Source of the DNA: Eledone cirrhosa
Lineage: Eukaryota
Assembly (NCBI GenBank): GCA_964016885.1
Contig: OZ024743.1
Coordinates: forward strand, 206,212,001-206,276,000
Direction of reading: 5' to 3'
Length of the DNA stretch: 64,000 nt
Under the pieces are notes generated by a model that searched no databases, was not told where the DNA came from, and was given only the letters and a program-made list of their open reading frames with translations. A program made the translations under genes and the position numbers. Of this stretch, positions 10,901 to 25,129 are shown one piece after another (the stretch's first letter is position 1; each line of letters opens with the position of its first letter).

Positions 10901-13900
10901 TTACAAATTATCTCCCCCTGATTTTTTTTACAAATTATCTCCCCCTGTTTTTTTTTACAAATTATTTCACCCTGATTTTTTTACAAATTATCTCCCCCTG
11001 ATTTTTTTTACAAATTAACTCCGCCTGATTTTTTTAAATATGATCTTCCCTTGGCTGGCGGAAAATCATCTCCCCTTGGACGCCTGGAAATTATCTCCCC
11101 TTGGAAGGATGGAAATTATCTCCCCTTGGACGGCTGGAAATTATCTCCCCTTGCACTGCTGGAAATTATCTCCCCTTGGACGGCTGGAAATTATCTGCCC
11201 TTGATTTTGATTTTACAAATTATCTTCCCCTGATTTTTTTTACAAATTATTTCCACCTGATTTTTTAAAAAATTATCTCCCCTTGGACGGCTGGAAATTA
11301 TCTCCCCTTGGCTGGAAATTATCTCCCCTTGGACGATTAGAAATTATCTCTCTTTGGACGGCTGGAAATTATCTCCCCTTGATTTTTTTTACAAATTATC
11401 TCCCCCTGATTTTTTTTACAAATCTCCCAGTGATTTTTTTAAAAAGATTATCTCCCCTTCGCTGGCTGGAAATTATCTCCCCTTGGACGCTGGAAATTAT
11501 AGCCCCTTGGAGGGCTGGAAGTTATCTTCCCTTGGAGGGCTGGAAATTATCTTCCCTTGGACGGCTGGAAATTATCTCCCCTTGATTTTTTTTACAAATT
11601 ATCTCCTCCTGATTTTTTTTTACAAATTATCTCCCTCTGATTTTTTTTTTAACAATTATCTCCACCTGATTTTTTTAAAAATTATTTCCCCTTGGACGGC
11701 TGGAAATTATCTCCCCTTGGACGGCTGGAAATTATCTCCCCTTGGACGGCTAGAAATTACCTCTCCTTGGACGGCTGAAAATTATCTCCCCTTGGACGGC
11801 TGGAAATTATCTCCCCTTGATTTTTTTTACAAATTATCTCCCCCTGATTTTTTTTTACAAATTATCTCCCCCTGATTTTTTTTTACAAATTATCTCCCCC
11901 TGATTTTTTTTTACAAATTATCTCCTGATTTTTTTTACAAATTATCTCCCCTTGGCTGGCTGGAAATTATCTCCCCTTGGAGGCTGGAAATTATCTCCCC
12001 TTGGACGGCTAGAAATTACCTCTCCTTGGACGGCTGGAAATTATCTGCCCTTGGACGGCTGGAAATTATCTCCCCTTGGACGGCTGGAAATTATTTCCCC
12101 TTGATTTTTTTTACAAATTATCTCCCCCTGATTTTTTTTTACAAATCTCCCCCTAATTTTAAAAAAAATTATCTCCCCTTCGCTGGCTGGAAATTATCTT
12201 CCTTTGGACGGTTGGAAATTATAGCCGCTTGTAGGGCTGGAAATTATCTCCCCTTGGACGGCTGGGAATTATCTCCCCTTGATTTTTTTACTAATTATCT
12301 CACCCTGATTTTTTTTTACAAATTATCTCCGCCTCATTTTTTAAAAAAAATTATCTCCCCTTGGCTGGATGGAAATTATCTCCCCTTGGACGGCTGGAAA
12401 TTATCTCCCATTGATTTCTTCTACAAATTATCTACCCCTGATTTTTTTTTTACAAATTATCTCTCCCTGATTTTTTTTACAAATATCTCCCCTTGGCTGG
12501 CTGGAAATTATCTCCCGTTGGCTGGCTGGAAATTATCTCCCCTTGGACGGCTGGAAATTATCTCCCATTGATTTTTTTTACAAATTATCTCCCCTTGGCT
12601 GGCTGGAAATTATCTCCCCTTGGCTGGCTGGAAATTATCTCCCCCTGATATTTTTTTACAAATTAGCTCCCCCTGATTTTTTTTTACAAATTATCTCCCC
12701 CTGATTTTTTTTTTTACAAATTATCTCCGCCTGATTTTTTTAAAATTATCTCCCCTTGGCTGGATGGAAATTATCTCCCCTTGGACGGCTGGAAATTATC
12801 TCCCCTTGGAAGGATGGAAATTATCTCCCCTTGGACGGCTGGAAATTATCTCCCCTTGCACGGCTGGAAATTATCTCCCCTTGGACGGCTAGAAATTACC
12901 TCTCCTTGGACGGCTGAAAATTATCTCCCCTTGGACGGCTGGAAATTATCTCCCCCTGATTTTTTTTACAAATTATCTCCCCTTGCACGGCTGGAAATTA
13001 TCTCCCCTTGGACGGCTGGAAATTATCTGCCCTTGATTTTGTTTTTACAAATTATCTCCCCCTGATTTTTTTTACAAATTATCTCCACCTGATATTTAAA
13101 AAAATTATCTCCCCTTGGACGGCTGGAAATTATCTCCCCTTGGCTGGAAATTATCTCCCCTTGGACGATTAGAAATTATCTCTCTTTGGACGGCTGGAAA
13201 TTATCTCCCCTTGATTTTTTTTACAAATTATCTCCCCCTGATTTTTTTTACAAATCTCCCAGTGATTTTTTAAAAAAAATTATCTCCCCTTCGCTGGCTG
13301 GAAATTACCTCCCCTTGGACGCTGGAAATTATAGCCCCTTGGAGGGCTGGAAATTATCTTCCCTTGGACGGCTGGAAATTATCTCCCCTTGATTTTTTTT
13401 ACATATTATCACCCCTGATTTTTTTTTACAAATTATCTCCCCCTGATTTTTTTTACAAATTATCTCCCCCTGATTTTTTTACAAATTATCTCCCCTTGGC
13501 TGGGTGGAAATTATCTCCCCTTGGAGGCTGGAATTTATCTCCCCTTGGACGGCTGGAAATTATCTCCCCTTGGACGGCTAGAAATTATCTCCCCTTGAAC
13601 GGCTGGAAATTATCTCCCCTTGGACGGCTGGAAATTATCTCCCCTTGGAAGGATGGAAATTATCTCCCCTTGGACGGCTGGAAATTATCTCCCCTTGCAC
13701 GGCTGGAAATTATCTTCCCTTGGACGGCTAGAAATTACCTCTCCTTGGACGGCTGAAAATTATCTCCCCTTGGACGGCTGGAAATTATCTCCCCCTGATT
13801 TTTTTTACAAATTATCTGCCCTTGCACGGCTGGAAATTATCTCACCTTGGACGGATGGAAATTATCTGCCCTTGATTTTGTTTTTACAAATGATCTCCCC

Positions 13901-16900
13901 CTGATTTTTTTTACAAATTATCTGCCCCTGATTTTTTTTTTACAAATTATCTCCGCCTGATTTTTTTTTAAAATTATCTCCCCTTGGACGGCTGGAAATT
14001 ATCTCCCCTTGGACGGCTGGAAATTATCTCCCCTTGATTTTTTTACAAATTATCTCCGCCTGATTTTTTTTTTACAAATTATCTCCGCCTGATTTTTTTT
14101 TAAAATTATCTCCCCTTGGACGGCTGGAAATTATCTCCCCTTGGACGGCTGGAAATTATCTCCCCTTGATTTTTTTTTCCAAATTATCTCCCCCTGATTT
14201 TTTTTTACAAATTATCTACCCCTGATTTTTTTTATACAAATTATCTCCCCCTGATTTTTTTTACAAATTATCTCCCCCTGATTTTTTTTTTACAAATTAT
14301 CTCCCCCCGATTTTTTTACAAATTATCTCCCCCTGATTTTTTTTACAAATTATCTCCGCCTGATTTTTTAAAGTATTATCTTCCCTTGGCTGGCGGGAAA
14401 TTATCTCCCCTTGGACGGCTGGAAATTATCTCCCCTTGGAAGGATGGAAACTATCTCCCCTTGGACGGCTGGAAATTATCTCCCCTTGCACTGCTGGAAA
14501 TTATCTCCCCTTGGACGGCTGGAAATTATCTGCCCTTGATTTTGTTTTTACAAATTATCTTCCCCTGATTTTTTTTACAAATTATCTCCACCTGATTTTT
14601 TAAAAAATTATCTCCCCTTGGACGGCTGGAAATTATCTCCCCTTGGCTGGAAATTATCTCCCTTTGGCTGGCTGGAAATTATCTCCCCCTGATATTTTTT
14701 TACAAATTAGCTCCCCCTGATTTTTTTTTACAAATTATCTCCCCCTGATTTTTTTCACAAATTATCTCCCCCTGATTTTTTTTACAAATTATCTCCTCTG
14801 ATTTAAAAAAAAAAATTATCTCCCCTTGGACGGCTGGAAATTATCTCCCCTTGGACGGCTAGAAATTATCGCCCCCTGATTTGTTTTAACAAATTATCTC
14901 CACCTGATTTTTTTACAAATCATCTCCGCCTGATTTTTTTAAAAAATTATCTCCCTTGGCTTGCTGGAAATTATCTCCCCTTGGACGGCTATGAATTATC
15001 TCTCCTTCGACGGCTGGAAATTATCTCCACTTTATTTTTTTACAAATTATCTCCCCGTGATTTTTTTTTACCAATCTACCCCTGATTTAAAAAAAAAAAT
15101 TATCTCCCCTTCGCTGGCTGGAAATTATCTCCCCTTGGACGGCTGGAAATTATCTCCCCTTGATTTTTTTTACAAATTATCTCCCCCTGATTTTTTTTTA
15201 CAAATTATCTCCCCCTGATTTTTTTTTTTACAAATTATCTCCGCCTGATTTTTTAAAAATTATCTCTCCTTGGCTGGATGGAAATCATCTCCCCCTGATT
15301 TTTTTTACAAATTATCTCCCCTTGCACGGCTGGAAATTATCTCCCCTTGGACGGCTGGAAATTATCTCCCGTTGGCTGCAAATTATCTCCCCTTGGACGG
15401 CTAGAAATTACCTCTCTTTGGACGGCTGGAAATTATCTCCCCTTGATTTTTTTTACAAATTATCTCCCCCTGATTTTATTTTACATATTATCTACCCCTG
15501 ATTTTTTTTACAAATTATCTCCCCCTGATTTTTTTTTTACAAATTATCTGCCCCTGATTTTTTTACAAATTATCTCACACTGATTTATTTTACAAATTAT
15601 CTCCGCCTGATTTTTTTAAATATTATCTTCCCTTGGCTGGCGGGAAATTATCTCCCCTTGGACGGCTGGAAACTATCTCCCCTTGGACAGCTGGAAATTA
15701 TCTGCCCTTGATTTTGTTTTTACAAATTATCTCCCCCTGATTTTTTTTACAAATTATCTCCACCTGATTTTTTAAAAAATTATCTCCCCTTGGACGGCTG
15801 GAAATTATCTCCCCTTGGCTGGAAATTATCTCCCCTTGGACGGCTAGAAATTATCTCTCTTTGGACGGCTGGAAATTATCTCCCTTTGATTTTTTTTACA
15901 AATTATCTCCCTCTGATTTTTTTTACAAATCTCCCCTTGATTTTTTTAAAAAATTATCTCCCCTTTGCTGGCTGGAAATTATCTCCCCTTGGACACTGGA
16001 AATTATAGACCCTTGGAGGGCTGGAAATTATCTTCCCTTGGACGGCTGGAAATTATCTCCTCTTGATTTTTTTTACAAATTATCTCCCCCTGATTTTTTT
16101 TTACAAATTATCTCCGCCTGATTTTTTTTTTAAAATTATCTCCCCTTGGCTGGATGGAAATTTTCTCCCCTTGGACGGCTGGAAATTATCTCCCCTTTAT
16201 GTCTTCTACAAATTATCTGGCCCTGATTTTTTTTTACAAATTATCTCTCCCTGATTTTTTTTACAAATATCTCCCCTTGGCTGGCTGGAAATTATCTCCC
16301 CTTCGCTGGCTGGAAATTATCTCCCATTGGACGGCTGGAAATTATCTCCCCTTGGACGCCTAGAAATTACCTCTCCTTGGACAGCTGTAAATTATCTCCC
16401 CTTGGACGGCTGGAAATTATCTCGCCTTGGACGGCTGGAAATTATCTCCCCTTGATTTTGTATACAAATTATCTCCCCCTGATTTTTTTTTACAAATTAT
16501 CTGCCCCTGATTATTTTTTTACAAATTAGCTCCGCCTGATTTTTTTTAAAAATTATCTCCCCTTGGACGGCTGGAAATTATCTCCCCTTGGACGGCTGGA
16601 AATTATCTCCCCTTGAACGGCTAGAAATTACCTCTCCTTGGACGGCTTAAAATTATCTCCCCTTGGACGGCTGGAAATTATCTCCCCTTGATTTTTTTAC
16701 AAATTATCTCCCCCTGATTTTTTTTTACAAATTATCTCCCCCTGATTTTTTTTTTACAAATTATCTACCCCTGATTTTTTTTTCCAAATTATCTCCCCCT
16801 GATTTTTTTTTACAAATTATCTCCCCCTGATTTTTTTTTACAAATTATCTCCCCCTGATTTTTTTACAAATTATCTCCCCTTGGCTGGCTGGAAATTATC

Positions 16901-18024
16901 TCCCCTTGGAGACTGGAATTTATCTCCCCTTGGACGGCTGGAAATTATCTCCCCTTGGACGGCTAGAAATTACCTCTCCTTGGACGGCTGGAAATTATCT
17001 CCCCTTGAACGGCTGGAAATTATCTCCCCTTGGACGGCTGGAAATTATCTCCCCTTGGACGGCTGGAAATTATTTCCCCTTGATTTTTTTTACAAATTAT
17101 CTCCCCCTGATTTATTTTACAAATTATCTCCGCCTGATTTTTTTAAATATTATCTTCCCTTGGCTGGCGGGAAATTATCTCCCCTTGGACGGCTGGAAAC
17201 TATCTCCCCTTGGACAGCTGGAAATTATCTGCCCTTGATTTTGTTTTTACAAATTATCTCCCCCTGATTTTTTTTACAAATTATCTCCACCTGATTTTTT
17301 AAAAAATTATCTCCTCTTGGACGGCTGGAAATTATCTCCCGTTGGCTGCAAATTATCTCCCCTTGGACGGCTAGAAATTACCTCTCTTTGGACGGCTGGA
17401 AATTATCTCCCCTTGATTTTTTTTACAAATTATCTCCCCCTGATTTTTTTTACAAATCTCCCAGTGATTTTTAAAAAAAAATTATCTCCCCTTCGCTGGC
17501 TGGAAATTATCTCCCCTTGGACGCTGGAAATTATAGCCCCTTGGAGGGCTGGAAATTATCTTCCCTTGGACGGCTGGAAATTATCTCCCCTTGATTTTTT
17601 TTACATATTATCTCCCCCTGATTTTTTTTTACAAATTATCTCCCCGATTTTTTTCTACAAATTATCTCCCCCTGATTTTTTTTTTACAAATTATCTCCGC
17701 CTGATTTTTTAAAAAAAATTATCTCCCCTTGGACGGCTGGAAATTATCTCCCCTTGGACGGCTGGAAATTATCTCCCCTAGGACGGCTAGAAATTACCTC
17801 TCCTTGGACGGCTGAAAATTATCTCCCCTTGGACGGCTGGAAATTATCTCCCCTTGATTTTTTTACAAATTATCTCCCTCTGATTTTTTTTTACAAATTA
17901 TCTCCCCCTGATTTTTTTTTACAAATTATCTCCCCCTGATTTTTTTTTACAAATTATCTCCCCCTGATTTTTTTACAAATTATCTCCCCTTGGCTGGCTG
18001 GCAATTATCTCCCCTTGGAGGCTG

Positions 18025-21000
18025 GAATTTATCTCCCCTTGGACGGCTGGAAATTATCTCCCCTTGGACGGCTAGAAATTACCTCTCCTTGTACGGCTGG
18101 AAATTATCTCCCCTTGAACGGCTGGAAATTATCTCCCCTTGGACGGCTGGAAATTATCTCCCCTTGGACGGCTGGAAATTACCTCTCCTTGGACGGCTGG
18201 AAATTATCTCCCCTTGGACGGCTGGAAATTATCTCCCCTTGGACGGCTGGAAATTATTTCCCCTTGATTTTTTTTACAAATTATCTCCCCCTGATTTTTT
18301 TTACAAATCTCCCCCTAATTTAAAAAAAAATTATCTCCCCTTCGCTGGCTGGAAATTATCTCCCTTTGGACGGCTTGAAATTATAGCTGCTTGTAGGGCT
18401 GGAAATTATCTCCCCTTGGACGGCTGGAAATTACCTTTCCTTCGACGGCTGAAAATTATCTCCCCTTGGACGGCTGGAAATTATCTCCCCCTGATTTTTT
18501 TTTACAAATTATCTCCGCCTGATTTTTTTTTAAAAATTATCTCCCCTTGGCTGAATGGAAATTTTCTCCCCTTGGACGGCTGGAAATTATCTCCCCTTTA
18601 TGTTTTCTACAAATTATCTACCCCTGATTTTTTTTTTACGAATTATCTCTCCCTGATTTTTTTTACAAATATCTCCCCTTGGCTGGCTGGAAATTATCTC
18701 CCCTTGGCTGGCTGGAAATTATCTCCCCTTGGACGGCTGGAAATTATCTCCCCTTGGACGCCTAGAAATCACCTCTACTTGGACAGCTGTAAATTATCTC
18801 CCCTTGGACGGCTGGAAATTATCTCGCCTTGGACGGCTGGAAATTATCTCCCCTTGATTTTGTATACAAATTATCTCCCCCTGATTTTTTTTTACAAATT
18901 ATCTGCCCCTGATTATTTTTTTACAAATTAGCTCCGCCTGATTTTTTTTTAAAATTATCTCCCCTTGGACGGCTGGAAATTATCTCCCCTTGGACGGCTG
19001 GAAATTATCTCCCCTTGAACGGCTAGAAATTACCTCTCCTTGGACGGCTGAAAATTATCTCCCCTTGGACGGCTGGAAATTATCTCCCCTTGATTTTTTT
19101 ACAAATTATCTCCCCCTGATTTTTTTTTTACAAATTATCTCCGCCTGATTTTTTTTAAAAATTATCTCCCCTTGGACGGCTGGAAATTATCTCCCCTTGG
19201 ACGGCTGGAAATTATCTCCCCTTGATTTTTTTTTCCAAATTATCTCCCCCTGATTTTTTTTTTACAAATTATCTACCCCTGATTTTTTTTTCAAATTATC
19301 TCCCCCTGATTTTTTTTACAAATTATCTCCCCCTGATTTTTTTTTACAAATTATCTCCCCCCGATTTTTTTACAAATTATCTCCCCCTGATTTTTTTTAC
19401 AAATTATCTCCGCCTGATTTTTTTTAATATTATCTTCCCTTGGCTGGCGGGAAATTATCTCCCCTTGGACGGCTGGAAATTATCTCCCCTTGGAAGGATG
19501 GAAATTATCTCCCCTTGGACGGCTGGAAATTATCTCCCCTTGCACTGCTGGAAATTATCTCCCCTTGGACGGCTGGAATATATCTGCCCTTGATTTTGTT
19601 TTTACAAATTATCTTCCCCTGATTTTTTTACAAATTATCTCCACCTGATTTTTTAAAAAATTATCTCCCCTTGGACGGCTGGAAATTATCTCCCCTTGGC
19701 TGGAAATTATCTCCCCTTGGACGGCTAGAAATTATCTCTCTTTGGACGGCTGGAAATTATCTCCCCTTGGACGCTGGAAATTATAGCCCCTTGGAGGGCT
19801 GGAAGTTATCTTCCCTTGGAGGGCTGGAAATTATCTTCCCTTGGACGGCTAGAAATTACCTCTCCTTGGACGGCTGAAAATTATCTCCCCTTGGACGGCT
19901 GGAAATTATCTCCCCTTGATTTTTTTTACAAATTATCTCCCCCTGATTATTTTTTACAAATTATCTCCCCCTGATTTTTTTTTTACAAATTATCTCCCCT
20001 TGGACGGCTGGAAATTATCTCCCCTTGGACGGCTGGAAATTATCTCCCCTTGGACGGCTAGAAATTACCTCTCCTTGGACGGCTGAAAATTATCTCTCCT
20101 TGGACGGCTGGAAATTATCTCCCCTTTATGTCTTCTACAAATTATCTACCCCTGATTTTTTTTTACAAATTATCTCTCCCTGATTTTTTTTACAAATATC
20201 TCCCCTTGATTGGCTGGAAATTATCTCCCCTTGGCTGGCTGGAAATTATCTCCCCTTGGACGGCTGGAAATTATCTCCCCTTGGACGCCTAGAAATTACC
20301 TCTCCTTGGACAGCTGTAAATTATCTCCCCTTGGACGGCTGGAAATTATCTCGCCTTGGACGGCTGGAAATTATATCCCCTTGATTTTGTATACAAATTA
20401 TCTCCCCCTGATTTTTTTTTACAAATTATCTGCCCCTGATTATTTTTTTACAAATTAGCTCCGCCTGATTTTTTTTAAAAATTATCTCCCCTTGGACGGC
20501 TGGAAATTATCTCCCCTTGGACGGCTGGAAATTATCTCCCCTTGAACGGCTAGAAATTACCTCTCCTTGGACGGCTGAAAATTATCTCTCCTTGGACGGC
20601 TGGAAATTATCTCCCCTTGATTTTTTTACAAATTATCTCCCCCTGATTTTTTTTTACAAATTATCTACCCCTGATTTTTTTTTCCAAATTATCTCCCCCT
20701 GATTTTTTTTTTACAAATTATCTCCCCCTGATTTTTTTTTACAAATTATCTCCCCCTGATTTTTTTACAAATTATCTCCCCTTGGCTGGCTGGAAATTAT
20801 CTCCCCTTGGAGGCTGGAATTTATCTCCCCTTGGACGGCTGGAAATTATCTCCCCTTGGACGGCTAGAAATTACCTCTCCTTGGACGGCTGGAAATTATC
20901 TCCCCTTGAACGGCTGGAAATTATCTCCCCTTGGACGGCTGGAAATTATCTCCCCTTGGACGGCTGGAAATTACCTCTCCTTGGACGGCTGGAAATTATC

Positions 21001-23770
21001 TCCCCTTGGACGGATGGAAATTATCTCCCCTTGGACGGCTGGAAATTATTTCCCCTTGATTTTTTTTACAAATTATCTCCCCCTGATTTTTTTTACAAAT
21101 ATCCCCCTAATTTAAAAAAAAATTATCTCCCCTTCGCTGGCTGGAAATTATCTCCCTTTGGACGGCTGGAAATTATAGCTGCTTGTAGGGCTGGAAATTA
21201 TCTCCCCTTGGACGGCTGGAAATTATCTCCCCTTCATTTTTTTACTAATTATCTCCCCCTGATTTTTTTTTACAAATTATCTCCGCCTGATTTTTAAAAA
21301 AAAATTATCTCCCCTTGGCTGGATGGTAATTTTCTCCCCTTGGACGGCTGGAAATTATGTCCCCTTTATGTCTTCTACAAATTATCTACCCCTGATTTTT
21401 TTTACAAATATCTACCCTTGGCTGGCTGGAAATTATCTCCCCTTGGACGGCTGGAAATTATCTCCCCTTGGACGCCTAGAAATTACCTCTCCTTGGACAG
21501 CTGTAAATTATCTCCCCTTGGACGGCTGGAAATTATCTCGCCTTGGACGGCTGGAAATTATCTCCCCTTGATTTTGTATACAAATTATCTCCCCCTGATT
21601 TTTTTTTACAAATTATCTGCCCCTGATTATTTATTTTACAAATTAGCTCCGCCTGATTTTTTTTTAAAATTATCTCCCCTTGGACGGCTGGAAATTATCT
21701 CCCCTTGGACGGCTGGAAATTATCTCCCCTTGATTTTTTTACAAATTATCTCCCCCAGATTTTTTTTTTACAAATTATCTCCCCCTGATTTTTTTTACAA
21801 ATTATCTCCCCCTGTTTTTTTTTACAAATTATTTCACCCTGATTTTTTTACAAATTATCTCCCCCTGATTTTTTTTACAAATTATCTCCGCCTGATTTTT
21901 TTAAATATGATCTTCCCTTGGCTGGCGGAAAATCATCTCCCCTTGGACGCCTGGAAATTATCTCCCCTTGGAAGGATGGAAATTATCTCCCCTTGGACGG
22001 CTGGAAATTATCTCCCCTTGCACTGCTGGAAATTATCTCCCCTTGGACGGCTGGAAATTATATGCCCTTGATTTTGATTTTACAAATTATCTTCCCCTGA
22101 TTTTTTTTACAAATTATTTCCACCTGATTTTTTAAAAAATTATCTCCCCTTGGAAGGCTGGAAATTATCTCCCCTTGGCTGGAAATTATCTCCCCTTGGA
22201 CGATTAGAAATTATCTCTCTTTGGACGGCTGGAAATTATCTCCCCTTGATTTTTTTTACAAATTATCTCCCCCTGATTTTTTTTACAAATCTCCCAGTGA
22301 TTTTTTTAAAAAAATTATCTCCCCTTCGCTGGCTGGAAATTATCTCCCCTTGGACGCTGGAAATTATAGCCCCTTGGAGGGCTGGAAGTTATCTTCCCTT
22401 GGAGGGCTGGAAATTATCTTCCCTTGGACGGCTGGAAATTATCTCCCCTTGATTTTTTTTACAAATTATCTCCCCCTGATTTTTTTTTACAAATTATCTC
22501 CCCCTGATTTTTTTTTTACCAATTATCTCCTACTGATTTTTTTAAAAATTATTTCCCCTTGGACGGCTGGAAATTATCTCCCCTTGGACGGCTGGAAATT
22601 ATCTCCCCTTGGACTGCTAGAAATTACCTCTCCTTGGACGGCTGAAAATTATCTCCCCTTGGACGGCTGGAAATTATCTCCCCTTGATTTTTTTTACAAA
22701 TTATCTCCCCCTGATTTTTTTTTACAAATTATCTCCCCCTGATTTTTTTTTACAAATTATCTCCCCCTGATTTTTTTTTACAAATTATCTCCTGATTTTT
22801 TTTACAAATTATCTCCCCTTGGCTGGCTGGAAATTATCTCCCCTTGGAGGCTGGAAATTATCTCCCCTTGGACGGCTAGAAATTACCTCTCCTTGGACGG
22901 CTGGAAATTATCTGCCCTTGGACGGCTGGAAATTATCTCTCCTTGGACGGCTGGAAATTATCTGCCCTTGGACGGCTGGAAATTATCTCCCCTTGGACGG
23001 CTGGAAATTATTTGTCCTTGATTTTTTTTACAAATTATCTCCACCTGATTTTTTTTTACAAATCTCCCCCTAATTTTAAAAAAAATTATCTCCCCTTCGC
23101 TGGCTGGAAATTATCTTCCTTTGGACGGTTGGAAATTATAGCCGCTTGTAGGGCTGGAAATTATCTCCCCTTGGACGGCTGGGAATTATCTCCCCTTGAT
23201 TTTTTTACTAATTATCTCACCCTGATTTTTTTTTACAAATTATCTCCGCCTCATTTTTTAAAAAAAATTATCTCCCCTTGGCTGGATGGAAATTATCTCC
23301 CCTTGGACGGCTGGAAATTATCTCCCATTGATTTCTTCTACAAATTATCTACACCTGATTTTTTTTTTACAAATTATCTCTCCCTGATTTTTTTTTACAA
23401 ATATCTCCCCTTGGCTGGCTGGAAATTATCTCCCGTTGGCTGGCTGGAAATTATCTCCCCTTGGACGGCTGGAAATTATCTCCCATTGATTTTTTTTACA
23501 AATTATCTCCCCTTGGCTGGCTGGAAATTATCTCCCCTTGGCTGGCTGGAAATTATCTCCCCCTGATATTTTTTTACAAATTAGCTCCCCCTGATTTTTT
23601 TTTACAAATTATCTCCCCCTGATTTTTTTTTTTACAAATTATCTCCGCCTGATTTTTTAAAAATTATCTCCCCTCTGCTGGATGGAAATTATCTCCCCTT
23701 GGACGGCTGGAAATTATCTCCCCTTGGAAGGATGGAAATTATCTCCCCTTGGACGGCTGGAAATTATCTC
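18025..23770 (+). repeat. Segmental copy of about 1,197-6,970 (offset ~16.8 kb), a further copy of the 5.7-6.0 kb unit
   Basis: Offsets are 16,828 (2394/19222, 2843/19671), 16,830 (3687/20517) and 16,802 (5116/21918, 6017/22819). Shared private variants include GGAATATATCTGCC, TTATATCCCC and CCCCCAGA. Confidence 0.88.
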
Positions 23771-24940
23771 CCCTTGGACGGCTAGAAATTACCTCTCCTT
23801 GTACGGCTGGAAATTATCTCCCCTTGAACGGCTGGAAATTATCTCCCCTTGGACGGCTGGAAATTATCTCCCCTTGGACGGCTGGAAATTACCTCTCCTT
23901 GGACGGCTGGAAATTATCTCCCCTTGGACGGCTGGAAATTATCTCCCCTTGGACGGCTGGAAATTATTTCCCCTTGATTTTTTTTACAAATTATCTCCCC
24001 CTGATTTTTTTTACAAATCTCCCCCTAATTTAAAAAAAAATTATCTCCCCTTCGCTGGCTGGAAATTATCTCCCTTTGGACGGCTTGAAATTATAGCTGC
24101 TTGTAGGGCTGGAAATTATCTCCCCTTGGACGGCTGGAAATTACCTTTCCTTCGACGGCTGAAAATTATCTCCCCTTGGACGGCTGGAAATTATCTCCCC
24201 CTGATTTTTTTTTACAAATTATCTCCGCCTGATTTTTTTTTAAAAATTATCTCCCCTTGGCTGGATGGAAATTTTCTCCCCTTGGACGGCTGGAAATTAT
24301 CTCCCCTTTATGTTTTCTACAAATTATCTACCCCTGATTTTTTTTTTACGAATTATCTCTCCCTGATTTTTTTTACAAATATCTCCCCTTGGCTGGCTGG
24401 AAATTATCTCCCCTTGGCTGGCTGGAAATTATCTCCCCTTGGACGGCTGGAAATTATCTCCCCTTGGACGCCTAGAAATCACCTCTACTTGGACAGCTGT
24501 AAATTATCTCCCCTTGGACGGCTGGAAATTATCTCGCCTTGGACGGCTGGAAATTATCTCCCCTTGATTTTGTATACAAATTATCTCACCCTGATTTTTT
24601 TTTACAAATTATCTGCCCCTGATTATTTTTTTACAAATTAGCTCCGCCTGATTTTTTTTTAAAATTATCTCCCCTTGGACGGCTGGAAATTATCTCCCCT
24701 TGGACGGCTGGAAATTATCTCCCCTTGAACGGCTAGAAATTACCTCTCCTTGGACGGCTGAAAATTATCTCCCCTTGGACGGCTGGAAATTATCTCCCCT
24801 TGATTTTTTTACAAATTATCTCCCCCTGATTTTTTTTTTACAAATTATCTCCGCCTGATTTTTTTTTAAAATTATCTCCCCTTGGACGGCTGGAAATTAT
24901 CTCCCCTTGGACGGCTGGAAATTATCTCCCCTTGATTTTT
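22943..24940 (+). repeat. Copy of about 405-2,400 (offset 22,538)
   Basis: Offsets 405/22943, 1144/23682 and 1211/23749 are identical. Both copies carry the private CCCTCTGCTGG (about 1,133/23,671) and CTACACC (about 811/23,349) variants. Confidence 0.85.
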
Positions 24941-25129
24941 TTTACAAATTATCTCCCCCTGATTTTTTTTTACAAATTATCTCCCCCTGATTTTTTTTTA
25001 CAAATTATCTCCCCCTGATTTTTTTTTACAAATTATCTCCTGATTTTTTTTACAAATTATCTCCCCTTGGCTGGCTGGAAATTATCTCCCCTTGGAGGCT
25101 GGAAATTATCTCCCCTTGGACGGCTAGAA

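Larger units (their letters stand above)
1980..13825 (+). repeat. Two tandem copies of a ~5.9 kb higher-order unit (about 1,980-7,940 and 7,941-13,825)
   Basis: Matching ORF-track entries have offsets of 5,961 (2394/8355, 2843/8804), 5,935 (5116/11051, 5348/11283) and 5,885 (6896/12781, 7301/13186). Rare variants such as TTGATTGGCTGG and AAATATGATC occur in the same order in both copies. Confidence 0.9.
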
